28,891 bases of DNA from an uncultured Acidobacteriota bacterium (GCA_963725415.1 CAVRZY010000294.1:1-28891), one strand, 5' to 3'. Positions 16,896 to 26,781 are shown, numbered from the stretch's first letter. Numbers and translations are program-made. Notes: generated by a model not told the origin, from the letters alone.

Positions 16896-17810
16896 ATGCC
16901 AGTTGTTCCAATTCTTCCGATTCCAAATTCCAGAACACCACACCCGAAGGTGAAATCCCAGGCCGCCAGCCCCATAGGGATTGCGCTTCTTGTGCTTGTG
17001 GCCACGGCAGGCACGATTGTGTCCGCCCTGGTCAACCGCCGTGCGCCGGTAGTGGCGAGCATGGTGCTGGGCTTTTACCTGATGTTCGCCATCAAGGTGG
17101 CGGACCAGTGGGAGAAGTGCGCCGTCCTGCGGCTGGGACGCTACCGTGGCCTGCGGGGGCCGGGCATCTTCCACATCATTCCAGTCGTCGAGACGATCAG
17201 CCGCTTTATTGACCAGCGCGTCCGCGTTACCGATGTGACCGCCGAATCGGCTCTCACCAAGGACACCGTGCCGGTCAACGTGGACGCCATCGTCTTCTGG
17301 GTGGTCTGGAACGCCGAGAAATCCATCCTGGAGGTCCAGAACTTCTATGACGCGATCACGCTGAGCGCGCAGACGGCGCTGCGGGAGTCCATCGGCCGGC
17401 ACGAGCTGGCGCAGATGATCACGGAGCGCGAAACGCTGGGCCGCGAGCTACAGCGCATCTTGGACGAGAAGACCAACCCGTGGGGCATCACGGTGCAGTC
17501 GGTGGAGATTCGGGACGTGCGCATTCCCCAGGAACTCGAGGACGCCATGTCGCGTCAGGCGCAGGCGGAGCGGGAGCGCCAGGCGCGCATCATTCTAGGG
17601 ACGGCGGAGACGGAGATTTCGAGCAAGTTCGCCGACGCCTCGCGTGTTTACCAAGACAATCCCATTGCCTTGCACTTGCGGGCCATGAACATGCTCTACG
17701 AGGCCATCAAGGAGAAGGGCTCCATGGTGATCGTGCCCTCGTCGGCGGTGGAAACCATGGGGCTAGGCGGGACGCTGGCCACCGCGGCGCTGGCCGGACC
17801 GCCGCGGTAG
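16896..17810 (+). CDS. SPFH/band-7 (stomatin-prohibitin-flotillin-HflK/C) domain membrane protein, 304 aa
   Basis: N-terminal TM segment (IGIALLVLVATAGTIVSALV). SPFH core WEKCAVLRLGRYRGLRGPGIFHIIPVVETISRFIDQRVRVTDVTAESALTKDTVPVNVDAIVFWVV...ITVQSVEIRDVRIPQELEDAMSRQAQAERERQARI. Confidence 0.9.
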   Translation: MPVVPILPIPNSRTPHPKVKSQAASPIGIALLVLVATAGTIVSALVNRRAPVVASMVLGFYLMFAIKVADQWEKCAVLRLGRYRGLRGPGIFHIIPVVETISRFIDQRVRVTDVTAESALTKDTVPVNVDAIVFWVVWNAEKSILEVQNFYDAITLSAQTALRESIGRHELAQMITERETLGRELQRILDEKTNPWGITVQSVEIRDVRIPQELEDAMSRQAQAERERQARIILGTAETEISSKFADASRVYQDNPIALHLRAMNMLYEAIKEKGSMVIVPSSAVETMGLGGTLATAALAGPPR

Positions 17811-17819
17811 GAGCCTGCC

Positions 17820-18077
17820 ATGCCTCGCCCAGTTTCCGACAGAGGCCTGCTGGCCTTCATCGCGGCCGTACTCCTGACATGGGTTGTACTCAGCGCGGTC
17901 CAACCCGCCGTGGAGTTCTACGAGGACGAGTGGGCGGGCACCCTCACTGTGATCCTCAGTGCCGGGGGCGTGGAAGTGGGAACCCTGCAACTGCATTTGA
18001 AGGTGCCGGGCGATGATGACGCACGGTTTCCTGCAACGGCAGAGGTGGCATGGCGAACACTCTGGTCAAGACTCTGA
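17820..18077 (+). CDS. small membrane protein, 85 aa, unknown function; its position after an SPFH gene makes an NfeD-like partner possible but unproven
   Basis: GGAGCC 6 nt upstream of the ATG. One TM helix (LLAFIAAVLLTWVVLSAV). Overlaps the downstream gene by 28 nt. Confidence 0.45.
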   Translation: MPRPVSDRGLLAFIAAVLLTWVVLSAVQPAVEFYEDEWAGTLTVILSAGGVEVGTLQLHLKVPGDDDARFPATAEVAWRTLWSRL

Positions 18078-18517
18078 TCTTCACCATCCTGGTGCCCGGC
18101 ATGGTCGCGGTGGCGGTCCCGTACTGGTTGCTGGGGTCCGGCGGCAGACCGGACAGCTCCTGGTGGCCCATCGGAGCGTTGCTGATCGCGCCGGGCGCAG
18201 CGTTGTATCTATGGTGCGCCTGGGCTTTTGTGACGGCGGGACAGGGAACCCCGGCGCCCATTGATCCGCCCAAGCGGCTGGTGGCGACAGGGCTGTATCG
18301 AATGGTCCGAAATCCCATGTACGTCGGGGTCCTGCTTATCCTGCTGGGCCAGAGTATCGTTTTCGCGTCACTGACTCTGCTGGGTTATGCTCTGTTGGCC
18401 TGGATGTGCTGCCACCTGTTCGTGGTTCTCTATGAAGAGCCGGCGCTGCGGCGCAAGTTTGGGCGGTCTTATAAGGAGTACTGCAAGAGCGTTCCCCGGT
18501 GGATCCCTCGGGTGTAG
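18050..18517 (+). CDS. isoprenylcysteine carboxyl methyltransferase (ICMT)/phospholipid methyltransferase family membrane protein, 155 aa
   Basis: Four TM helices and the family signature LVATGLYRMVRNPMYVGVLLILLGQSIVFAS...EEPALRRKFGRSYKEY. GAGGTGG upstream of the ATG. Confidence 0.85.
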   Translation: MANTLVKTLIFTILVPGMVAVAVPYWLLGSGGRPDSSWWPIGALLIAPGAALYLWCAWAFVTAGQGTPAPIDPPKRLVATGLYRMVRNPMYVGVLLILLGQSIVFASLTLLGYALLAWMCCHLFVVLYEEPALRRKFGRSYKEYCKSVPRWIPRV

Positions 18518-18580
18518 GCGCGCGGGCCGCGTTGCGGGGGTTGATCGGCCGGCGCGAGCCCGCGGATCGAGATGGCCCGG

Positions 18581-19231
18581 CTACTTCCCCTTCGGGTAGC
18601 CAATGGATTGGGCGTAGGTCACGTGTTGCTCGGGGCGCAGCTTCAGGGTTTTTTCGATGGCGGGCCGGTCAATCCCACCGCGAACCACGGCTGACAGCCC
18701 TTCGGAGGCGCAGAACAGGTACACGTTCTGGGCGATGAACCCGGTGTCGGCCGCAGCGGTGACCGCTTTATTCTGGTCGGACTGGCCGCCCATCTTGGCG
18801 TAGTCGGCCACATAGACCAGGTTCACGGCGGCAGCGGCGACGAAGGTTTGGGACTGCGATCCCGTAGCGGCGCGGAGGTCGCCGGGCGCAACCGGCTCGA
18901 GGCGGTTCTGTTTGGCGTCCCACAGATATGCGCCTTCGGGCAGCACCACGTACATCTCGAGCTCCTGCCGGTTGGAGGAGGAAGGAGCGGTGCGCCGGCC
19001 GTCCTGGCGGTTGATGCCGAAGCCCGCCCATAGCAGGTTCGACAAGACCTGCAACGGCAGAGGTTGCGCGCTGAACTCCCGCCCGGACTTCCGCTCCTTT
19101 AGGACTTGCATCAGCGGACGCCCGCCCTCGGTCTGCGGTTTGGGAAGCGCGACCGGCTCCGGCCCTTGCGCCCCGGGAACAATGCTGCTGAGAAGGAAAC
19201 TGACGAAAAGGAAAAGGCGACGATGTAGCAT
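18581..19231 (-). CDS. secreted nitroreductase-fold (SagB-type dehydrogenase-like) family protein, 216 aa
   Basis: Signal peptide MLHRRLFLFVSFLLSSIVPGAQG. Motifs RKSGREF...LSNLLWAGFGINRQDGRRTAPSSSNRQELEMYVV...GAYLWD are typical of the nitroreductase/SagB-like superfamily. Confidence 0.7.
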   Translation of the reverse strand: MLHRRLFLFVSFLLSSIVPGAQGPEPVALPKPQTEGGRPLMQVLKERKSGREFSAQPLPLQVLSNLLWAGFGINRQDGRRTAPSSSNRQELEMYVVLPEGAYLWDAKQNRLEPVAPGDLRAATGSQSQTFVAAAAVNLVYVADYAKMGGQSDQNKAVTAAADTGFIAQNVYLFCASEGLSAVVRGGIDRPAIEKTLKLRPEQHVTYAQSIGYPKGK

Positions 19232-19365
19232 GAGATTGATTGTACCGGATGCGTCACTCTAATATCTGCCCGCGCTTTCCGTAGCGGCCGTGGCGGCCGG
19301 CTCGGCGGGGGATTGAGTTTCATCCAGCTTGAGTACCTGCCCGCCTGATTCCACAGTCCACGATC

Positions 19366-20208
19366 CTACTCCGAGATCTCGATGGAGGGGCCGGTGGGCG
19401 CGCCGACTTCGGCCAGCCGGGCGATGGTGTCGCGGGCCATCTGGTAGAAGCCGGCGGCGTGGGGGTCGTTGGGGTCGCGCAGAGCGACCGGGTGACCTGA
19501 ATCTCCGCCGATGCGGACTTCCGGATCCAGCGCCAGCTCGCCCAAAAAGTGCACGCCCATCTGGACAGCCGTCCGCCTGCCGCCGCCGTTGCTGAAGACG
19601 TCGATGCGTTCGCGACAGTGAGGGCACACCAGATAGCTCATGTTCTCGACGATGCCCAGGATCTCGACGCGTACCTGGCGGAACATATGCACGGCCTTGC
19701 GCGCATCCTCCAGCGAGACGTCCGAGGGCGTGGTGACCACAATGGCGCCGCTGAGCGGGGCGGTCTGCATGAGCGACAGTTGCACGTCTCCGGTGCCCGG
19801 AGGAAGGTCGATCACTAGATATTCCAGCTCACCCCAATCCACCCGGTGCAGGAATTGCTGGATGACGCCGTGCAGCAGGGGACCACGCCAGATCAGCGGC
19901 CTGTCGCCCGGACTGATGAATCCCATGGACATGAGCTTGACCCCAAAGCGTTCCAGGGGCTGTATGCGGTCCCCGATGGTGCGGGGGACATCCTCCACGC
20001 CCACCATGATCGGCACGTTGGGACCGTAAACGTCCGCGTCCAGCAGCCCCACCCGGTGGCCGAATTTGGCCAGCGCAATCGCCAGGTTCACGGCCACGGT
20101 GGTTTTTCCCACGCCACCTTTGCCGGAGCCAACCGCGATGAGATTGCGCACGCCAGGGATGGGGAGCTTGTCCAACCCCTCCGGTTGTGTCGAACCCATT
20201 ACTTCCAT
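19366..20208 (-). CDS. apbC: Mrp/NBP35-family iron-sulfur cluster carrier ATPase
   Basis: Walker A GKGGVGKTT, deviant Walker, and the CPHC motif (LVCPHCRERIDVF). Length is 280 aa. Confidence 0.95.
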   Translation of the reverse strand: MEVMGSTQPEGLDKLPIPGVRNLIAVGSGKGGVGKTTVAVNLAIALAKFGHRVGLLDADVYGPNVPIMVGVEDVPRTIGDRIQPLERFGVKLMSMGFISPGDRPLIWRGPLLHGVIQQFLHRVDWGELEYLVIDLPPGTGDVQLSLMQTAPLSGAIVVTTPSDVSLEDARKAVHMFRQVRVEILGIVENMSYLVCPHCRERIDVFSNGGGRRTAVQMGVHFLGELALDPEVRIGGDSGHPVALRDPNDPHAAGFYQMARDTIARLAEVGAPTGPSIEISE

Positions 20209-20209
20209 C

Positions 20210-22206
20210 CTAGCGCGGTTCTGTCAGGTAGTCCCACTGGCGAGCGGCGCGCTCCAGAAGGCCGGGTACATCTTGCTGGAGGAGGTAGCCGGCGCGAGCC
20301 AAATCGCCCGCGGCGGCTGCGACTTTCTGGAGATAGGCCTCGCGGCTGTTGTACCGCTCCTGGATGGAAGGGCGCGGGTCCAGGTTCTTTTCGCGTTCCG
20401 CCTTGGTTCGGGCAAAGGGGAGAAAGGAACCGGCCATGCTGAACAGCTCGTCGGACGCGCCCAGCTTAGGATCGCGCAGGTTCCAGCCGGTGTAGGTGGC
20501 CAGAGGAACCTGCACGTCCGGAACGCGGATTCCAGCGGTCTCGTTTCCATCCTCGTCCACCTGGGGCACGAGGACTGGAAACGCCGTGCCCAGGGTGGGC
20601 GGCTCCAGGCTGACGATGCCTCGCGTGCGGAACTGGGGGCCGTAATCGACCCGGTAGGCTTGCTTGATCAGGGTGGGGAAGGCCACGTCCGGAATCCTTG
20701 GGAAGCGCACCGCGCTGAGCGGCACTAGAGCGTGGTCCGCGATTCTTGGATACGCCGACGGCGGCGGCTCTCTGCCCGTGGCCAGCCACTGATGCATGGC
20801 CAGCAGCAGGGCTCGCATCGACCACCGGTGATCATTGGGGTTGGAGAGATTCTGCGTGCCGCTCCGCGGGGAGGAAACGCGGCTGGCCCGTGCTGCGAGC
20901 CGGCCAGCAAGTAGATGCGCGTGCCGGGCGCCAGCGGCATATCCCGGCGGCCGTCCAGGGAGGTGTGCGTCAGCGAGGCTGCACGGCCATAGTACTCGTA
21001 AGAGGAATTCGTGTAAAAGATCTTGGGTGTCACGCCTGCTTTGGCGGCCCGCACCAGCAGGCCATCACTCATGCCCGTCTCCGGGTCGGTTTGTTCCAGA
21101 TCGGAGAACGGAAAGATGTCTGTGGGGTAGAAGGTGTTCATGAACGGGTGACCGTCCCGGGAGGGCTGCGCGAAGCGATGATTGAAGCTGCCACGCCCGG
21201 CCCCAGCCACGTGCGCCATGATTCCGTTGAAGACCGGCCGGTTCTGCTCATCCTGGTTGAACCCGTAGTAGAGGAAGGTTCGCAGAAAGCGCCCGCTCTG
21301 GGATGATCCGAAGCCGATGGCGCGCTTGAGGTGTTGCCGCTGATCGGCGAGTGGGAGGTGATCCTCCTCGGGCGCGCCGCCATACTTGAGGAACGAGATG
21401 AGATCGCGAACGGCCGCCGGTCCCAAACCCACCAGAACCGGATCCTGGGCCCGGTAGACGATCTCGTAAATCTTCCCCGGCTCGAAGCCGGTTTCCATGA
21501 GGACCCGGGTTCGGCCCTCGGAGAGCTTCCACTGGCTGCGCGGGATGGTGCGCCGCGCGCCCTGGGCTCGGTCCCGGACCGTCAGCTTCAAATCGGCATC
21601 GGCGGGATCGAGCACCGGGTAGGCGACCAGCATGGTCCGGTCGGCCACGGAGAAGCTCTGCGTCTCGCGATCGGGTACGAACTCGGATCGCACCAGACCG
21701 GTCAGGTTCTTGACGGCTGGCGCGTAGAGACGCAGCAACTCGGGCTGGCGTGGCACATCGAATTGCCAGCCCAGCCAGAGCAGGGTGAAGCCTTGTTCGA
21801 GCAGCAGGTTGTCGCCGAAATGCGCGGCTGTGCGCGGGTCCGGCGATGTTTCGGCCAGGTTGAACATGCGAAGCATGCCTTTGCCGCCGCGGTTGGAGAC
21901 CTCGAAAAGAATAGTCCCGTTACCGGTCTTGGGGTAGCGCGGTTTCAGCACGTAAAGGTCGGCGGAGAACTCGACCTTGCCCTCCTCGTTGCGCGGGGCC
22001 AGGTCGATGTCGGAAATGATCCGGTTCGCGGGCAGGCTCGGATTCACCGCAAAATAGGCCCGGCCCACGATGCGCTCGTATGGCCCGGCCGTGCCGAACG
22101 GCTTTCCATCCAGCACGTCGCTGCGCTCCTGGACTTCGATGCGGACGAGCGAAGCAGGTACGGAAACGCACCACAACAACAGGCCCGGAAGGGCGCGTCG
22201 GAGCAT
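20210..22206 (-). CDS. alpha/beta-hydrolase-domain-containing protein (large secreted family with N-terminal beta-sandwich); apparent single-base frameshift near 20822-20860 joins ORF 20725-22206 to ORF 20210-20818
   Basis: Signal peptide MLRRALPGLLLWCVSVPASL. The main frame degenerates after ...IYLLAGSQHGPAAFPP. The conserved continuation ...NPNDHRWSMRALLLAMHQWLATGREPPPSAYPRIADHALVPLSAVRFP...VPLATYTGWNLRDP lies in the other frame, contiguous with it. Confidence 0.75.
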
Positions 22207-22227
22207 GCTGCTATTAGAGAACCGCGC

Positions 22228-23328
22228 TCAAGCCAGAGTCAAGCCGGCCTGGGCGCGCAACGACAGATCGGCGAACTCGCCGCGCTCGAACTTGGGGAAA
22301 GCCGCGGCGGCAATCATGGCAGCGTTGTCGGTGGCCAGCGCAGGCGCGGGGAAGTGCACGAAGCAGGGGAGCTGAGCGCTCTCGGCTGCCGAGCGCAGCC
22401 CCGAATTGCAGGCCACGCCGCCGGCAATGATGAGCGATCGGGCCTGGATGTCCTCCGCGGAGGCGGCGGCGCGGCGCAGCAATTCCGTGATGACGGTCCT
22501 CTGGAAGCAGGCCAGCAGATCCAGGGTGGCCTTGGGAGTGACCTCCAGCCACTGGTCGAGAGATGGGCGCGGCTGACGCCGCAGCAGCTCCCGGCGCGCT
22601 TCGATTTCCCCCGCCAGGTCTCTCTGCTCGACCCAGCGCAGCACGGCGGTCTTCAATCCACTGAAACTGAAATCGAGCGGGTTGCCTTTCATTCGGGTCA
22701 GCGTGAAGCGAATGGCGCCGGGGTCGCCGTGCGGCGCCAGCCGGTCGATCACCGGGCCGCCCGGGTAAGAGAAACCCAGCAGCTTGGCCACTTTGTCGAA
22801 GGCCTCGCCGGCCGCGTCGTCGCGAGTCTTGCCTAGAAGGCGGTAGCGGAATCCCTCCTCGACTTCGAACAGGTGCGTGTGGCCGCCGCTGACCACCAGG
22901 GCCAGGGCCGGGTACTCGACCGGGGAGCCGCTCTGCTTGGCCTGCGAGATCACCGCGTGGATGTGACCCTCGATGTGATTGACGCCGATCAGCGGGAGCT
23001 GGCGAGCCAAGCACAGGGCCTTCCCGTAGGTGATTCCGACCAGCAGCGAGCCCACCAGGCCCGGACCAGCGGTCACGGCGACCGCCGACAGGTCCTGGTA
23101 ATCCGTGGCGGCCTGCTCGAGGGCCAACCGGACCACAGGCACGATGGCGCGTAGGTGTTCCCGCGAGGCCAGTTCCGGCACCACTCCGCCGTAGCGGCCA
23201 TGCGTGTCTAACTGCGAGGCCACTACTGAAGAGAGAACCACCGTGCCGGCCTCGACCACGGCTGCCGCGGTTTCATCGCAGGAGGTTTCGATGCCTAGAA
23301 TGCGCCTGCTATTCTGCGTAGGAGGCAT
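22228..23328 (-). CDS. tsaD: tRNA N6-adenosine threonylcarbamoyltransferase TsaD
   Basis: [27 protein letters not shown] and [10 protein letters not shown] motifs, 366 aa. GGAGAG 4 nt upstream of the ATG at 23326-23328. Confidence 0.95.
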   Translation of the reverse strand: MPPTQNSRRILGIETSCDETAAAVVEAGTVVLSSVVASQLDTHGRYGGVVPELASREHLRAIVPVVRLALEQAATDYQDLSAVAVTAGPGLVGSLLVGITYGKALCLARQLPLIGVNHIEGHIHAVISQAKQSGSPVEYPALALVVSGGHTHLFEVEEGFRYRLLGKTRDDAAGEAFDKVAKLLGFSYPGGPVIDRLAPHGDPGAIRFTLTRMKGNPLDFSFSGLKTAVLRWVEQRDLAGEIEARRELLRRQPRPSLDQWLEVTPKATLDLLACFQRTVITELLRRAAASAEDIQARSLIIAGGVACNSGLRSAAESAQLPCFVHFPAPALATDNAAMIAAAAFPKFERGEFADLSLRAQAGLTLA

Positions 23329-24157
23329 GCAGCTCTCCGATTTCGATTATCGCCTGCCGGTGGAGCGGATCGCACAGCGCCCCCTGGAAGACCGAGCCGC
23401 CTCCCGCATGCTGGTGCTGTATCGCAATGAACAGCGTTGGGAAGACCGCCTGTTTCGCGAGTTTCCCCAGTTCTTGCGGGCCGGGGATTGCCTGGTCTTG
23501 AACGACTCGAGAGTCTTTCCCGCGCGGCTTTATGGCCGGCGCGCCGGCGTCCGGGCGCTCAGGGTGGGCAAGAAGAATCCGGCGCGCAAGCAGCATCTGA
23601 CCAGGCGCGTCGAGGTGTTCTTGCTGCGTCCCAGCGCGGAAGATCCGTGTATCTGGGAGGCTCTGGTGCGGCCCGGCCGGAGGATGCACCTCGGCGAGAA
23701 GGTCAGCTTCGATCAGGATTTGGAAGCCGAGATCATTGGGCGCGGCCCGTTCGGAGAGCGAACCATCCGGTTTCACTACCACGGAGACCTGCACGAGAAA
23801 TTCAACCAGATCGGGCATGTGCCTCTGCCGCCCTACATCCGGCGGCCCGACGAGTCTGGAGATCGGGAGCGCTATCAGACCGTGTATGCCTGCCAGCGGG
23901 GCTCGGTGGCGGCCCCGACGGCGGGCCTGCATTTCACCCCTGAAGTCCTGGAGCAATGTCGCGCTGCCGGGACCCAGATAGCCTATCTCACTCTGCACGT
24001 GGGGTTGGGCACCTTCCAGCCCATCCATATCGAGCAGCTCGAGCAGCACCGCCTGCATCCGGAGATCTTCCGGATCACCGAGGAGAACGCGCGCAGGATG
24101 CGGGCGGCGACCAGGCTGGTGGCGGTGGGCACCACTTGCGCAACTGGGGAATCTTAA
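23291..24157 (+). pseudogene. queA: S-adenosylmethionine:tRNA ribosyltransferase-isomerase QueA, 3'-truncated (about 85 C-terminal residues missing)
   Basis: [31 protein letters not shown]...LNDSRVF...IGHVPLPPYIRRPDESGDRERYQTVYA...GSVAAPTAGLHFT...LHVGLGTFQP...VAVGTT, then the ORF stops at 24155-24157. None of the three forward frames downstream encodes the conserved QueA C-terminus (NFHLP...FSYGDAM). The start is either ATG 23291 (GGAGG 5 nt upstream) or ATG 23327. Confidence 0.8.
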
Positions 24158-25143
24158 CCTCGGGCGTTCAAGAGGACGGGTCGATTGATGAATCGCGGTT
24201 GCGACTTTTTGCGGAGTTGAAGCGACTGGATTTCGCTCGACTGAAGGGCGCGATATCGCAGAAACTGGCGGGTATGAGTCCTTCAGTCGCAATGGAAACG
24301 GAAGAGGAGTTTCGTTACTCCGAATACCAGGCGCTGCTGGTCCCTCCGCGTGATGTCGAGGACGAGTTTGTCACAAACGGCAGGACATCGCCTCATACAG
24401 CGAAGAGGTTCGCAAATATATAGACCAACTCGTGCTTGTTGAGAAACTCGCCGAAACGCGGGCCTTGACCGGCTTCTCTCGCATCAACCCACCACCATAT
24501 CGCGAGTTTGATCGGCAAGACCAGTCACAACTGAGTCTGACATCGCGTTCCTGGCTGCCAGCGGTGCGAGTCTACGGTGAGGGTGTCTTCCTGTCGCTCA
24601 AGAAGACCGCTGTCGATGCGTGGACGACAGACCAGGTGTCGAAGCGATATGAGGAGATCGTGCTGAACCATGCACGGATCTACCAGAAACTCGGCCGCAA
24701 GCCTCGCACCATCCCGCCACGATTCTTCTTGTTGCATACACTCGCTCACATCTTGATACGCCAACTGGCTTTTGAGTGTGGCTACGGCAGCTCATCGTTA
24801 CGCGAGCGTCTGTACTGCTGGGACGAACCAGGCAAGGAGATGACGGGACTGCTGATCTACACTGCCGCAGGAGACTCCGAGGGCACGATGGGCGGACTTG
24901 TTCGGCAGGGGAAGCCGGGCCGCTTCGAGTCGGTCCTCTCGGCGCTGAAAAGCACAATGGTGCTCGTCCGATCCGCTCTGCATCGAAAGTCGTGGTCAGG
25001 GGATTGACTCGTTGAACCGGGCCGCGTGCCACGCATGTGCATCCTCCCGGAGACGAGTTGCGAAGAGGGTAACCGCTTCCTTGACCGTGCGGCGCTGATC
25101 GGTACCCCGGAGGCTATGAGAATCGGCTTCTTCGAGGACACGT
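24158..25143 (+). pseudogene. decayed remnant of a DUF1998 (MrfA/DrmB-type zinc-ribbon helicase-associated domain) gene: in-frame TGA plus frameshifts, N-terminal part absent
   Basis: ORF 24432-25007 carries FLLHTLAHILIRQLAFECGYGSSSLRERLY...GLLIYTAAGDSEGTMGGLV, resembling the DUF1998 core (HTLEHALI...CD..DLGG...I.LYD..PGG.G). After the TGA at 25005-25007 the same frame continues ...RMCILPETSCEEGNRFLDRAALIG, like the terminal C...CGNGN..LDK.AA motif. The paired CHAC lies in a different frame at 25027-25038. GC is ~55% versus ~65% for the flanks. Confidence 0.45.
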
Positions 25144-25285
25144 AGAAGATTCTAACTGGAGCTATCTGACGGGATCGAGGAATGCTGTAACCGACCATCG
25201 GCTCAAAGGCACTTGCGAGCACAGACGCGGTTATGTTCAATACAAGACACCCCCAAACGAGAGTCGGGCCAATGTAGAAAAGCGC

Positions 25286-26781
25286 ATGTGGGATGGTCGT
25301 GAAAACGGTTGTCTTTCGTGGTCACTCAAGGACCTTCTGGACTGGGTGTTCTTCTGGGTTGACGCGCTCGCGCTGCTGCTGCTGGCGCCCCTGTTCCTGC
25401 ACTTCACGCTGTTCTTTCCGGATCGGCCGCGCGCCTGGGTGGAGGGCCGGATGGGCCCGTTCGTGGCGCCGCTGATCTACCTGCCGGCGCTGCTGATCGC
25501 GGCGGCGCGGATCTTCGCCGTGGCGCGGGCGGGCCAGGACGCGTCGTTCTACATTTCTGGCGTCATGGGGACGCTCGAGCGGATCGAGCCGCTGTACCTG
25601 TCCCTCTGCCTGCTGGCGGGCCTCGCGGTGCTCGTCCGGGCGTTCAGCCAGGTGCGGTCCGGCACCGCGCGGCGGCAACTGCGCTGGATCGTGTGGGGCA
25701 CGCTGCTCGGCGGGGCGCCGTTCGCCGCCGGGTATGCGCTGCCGTTCGCGCTGGGGACGACACCGACGCTCGCGATGCAGCTGACGGCGATCCCGCTGGG
25801 ACTGATTCCGCTGGCGTTCGCGAGCGCCCTGGTCCGCTACCGCCTGATGGACGTCGAGGTGATCGTCAAGCGGATGCTCGTCTACGCGGCCGCCGTGTCG
25901 GCGATCCTGGCGATCTACGCGGTGCTGCTGCGCGCGGCGGGAGCGGTCTTCCTGGAGGATTCGCACAAGTACAACACGGTGATCGCGATGCTCGCCACGC
26001 TGGTCGTGGTGCTGCTCGCGCGGCCGGTGAAGAACGGCATCCAGAACATCATCGACCGCGCCTTCTACCGCGATCGCTACGACTACCGGCGAGCGCTCTT
26101 GGGCTTTGCCCGCGATCTGAACGCGGATCTGGATCTCTACCGGCTGAGCGAGCGGCTCGTCGCGCGCGTGACCGAGACGCTGCTTGTCGACCGGATGGCG
26201 ATCCTGCTCGTCAACGATCGGACGGGCGAGTTCACGAGCATCCGTACCGTCGGCTTCGGGCGCGGCCTTGTCGCGCTGGCGCGCGCCTCGAGTTCGGGCT
26301 CCGCCTCAAGAGCGGCCAGAGCGTGGCGCTCGACGACCCTGGCGTGACCCGCGCGTTCAACCCGGACGAGGTGGAGCACTGGCGCGACCGGGGTATCTAC
26401 TACTTCATCCCGTGCGTGTCGAAGGACGGCACGAACGCAGCGCTGGCGCTCGGGCGCAAGCGGAACGGCGAGCCGCTGACGAGCGAGGACCTCGCGCTGC
26501 TGACGGCGGTGGCGGGACAGGTGGCGATGGCCATCGAGAACGGCCGGCTCTACCAGCAGCTGCACGTGAAGGCGGAGGAGCTGGACCACCTGCGCGAGTT
26601 CAACGAGAGCATCCTCGAGTCGCTGGACGCGGGGCTGATCGTCGTGGACCGCGACGACCGGATCATGCGGTGGAACCGCGCCCTTGAGCAGATCTACGGC
26701 CTGCCGCGCGCGGAGGCGGTGGGGCGCGCGCTCGACGAGGTCTTCGACGTCGGGTTCGTCCTTTCGGCAAGCCATTGCTGA
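25286..26781 (+). pseudogene. internal fragment of a sensor histidine kinase (multi-TM sensor + GAF + start of PAS), frameshifted near 26255-26280, with no HisKA/HATPase and composition (~70-75% GC) unlike the flanks
   Basis: Frame 2 carries TM helices and ...LVDRMAILLVNDRTGEFTSIRTVGFG. Frame 1 continues the GAF domain (RLEFGLRLKSGQSVALDDP...IPCVSKDGTNAALALGRKRNGEPLTSEDLALLTAVAGQVAMAIENGRLYQQL) and a PAS start (LREFNESILESLDAGLIVVDRDDRIMRWNRALEQIYGLPRAEAVGRALDEVFD), then stops at 26781. Low-GC sequence follows. Confidence 0.55.

Noticed and set aside
18520-18600. Rho-independent terminator between the convergent ICMT-family and nitroreductase-family genes
   Set aside because: Only a weak 6-bp stem (ggctac/gtagcc) without a U-tract, and it lies inside the nitroreductase coding region. 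Not convincing.
21331-22836. 501-aa plus-strand ORF across the abhydrolase and tsaD region
   Set aside because: Antisense to two conserved genes. Low-complexity translation.
23956-24423. 155-aa plus-strand ORF starting inside queA
   Set aside because: Its first ~65 codons overlap queA in a wrong frame. Only the part after 24157 may reflect remnant coding of the decayed DUF1998-type gene, so it is not called as a gene.
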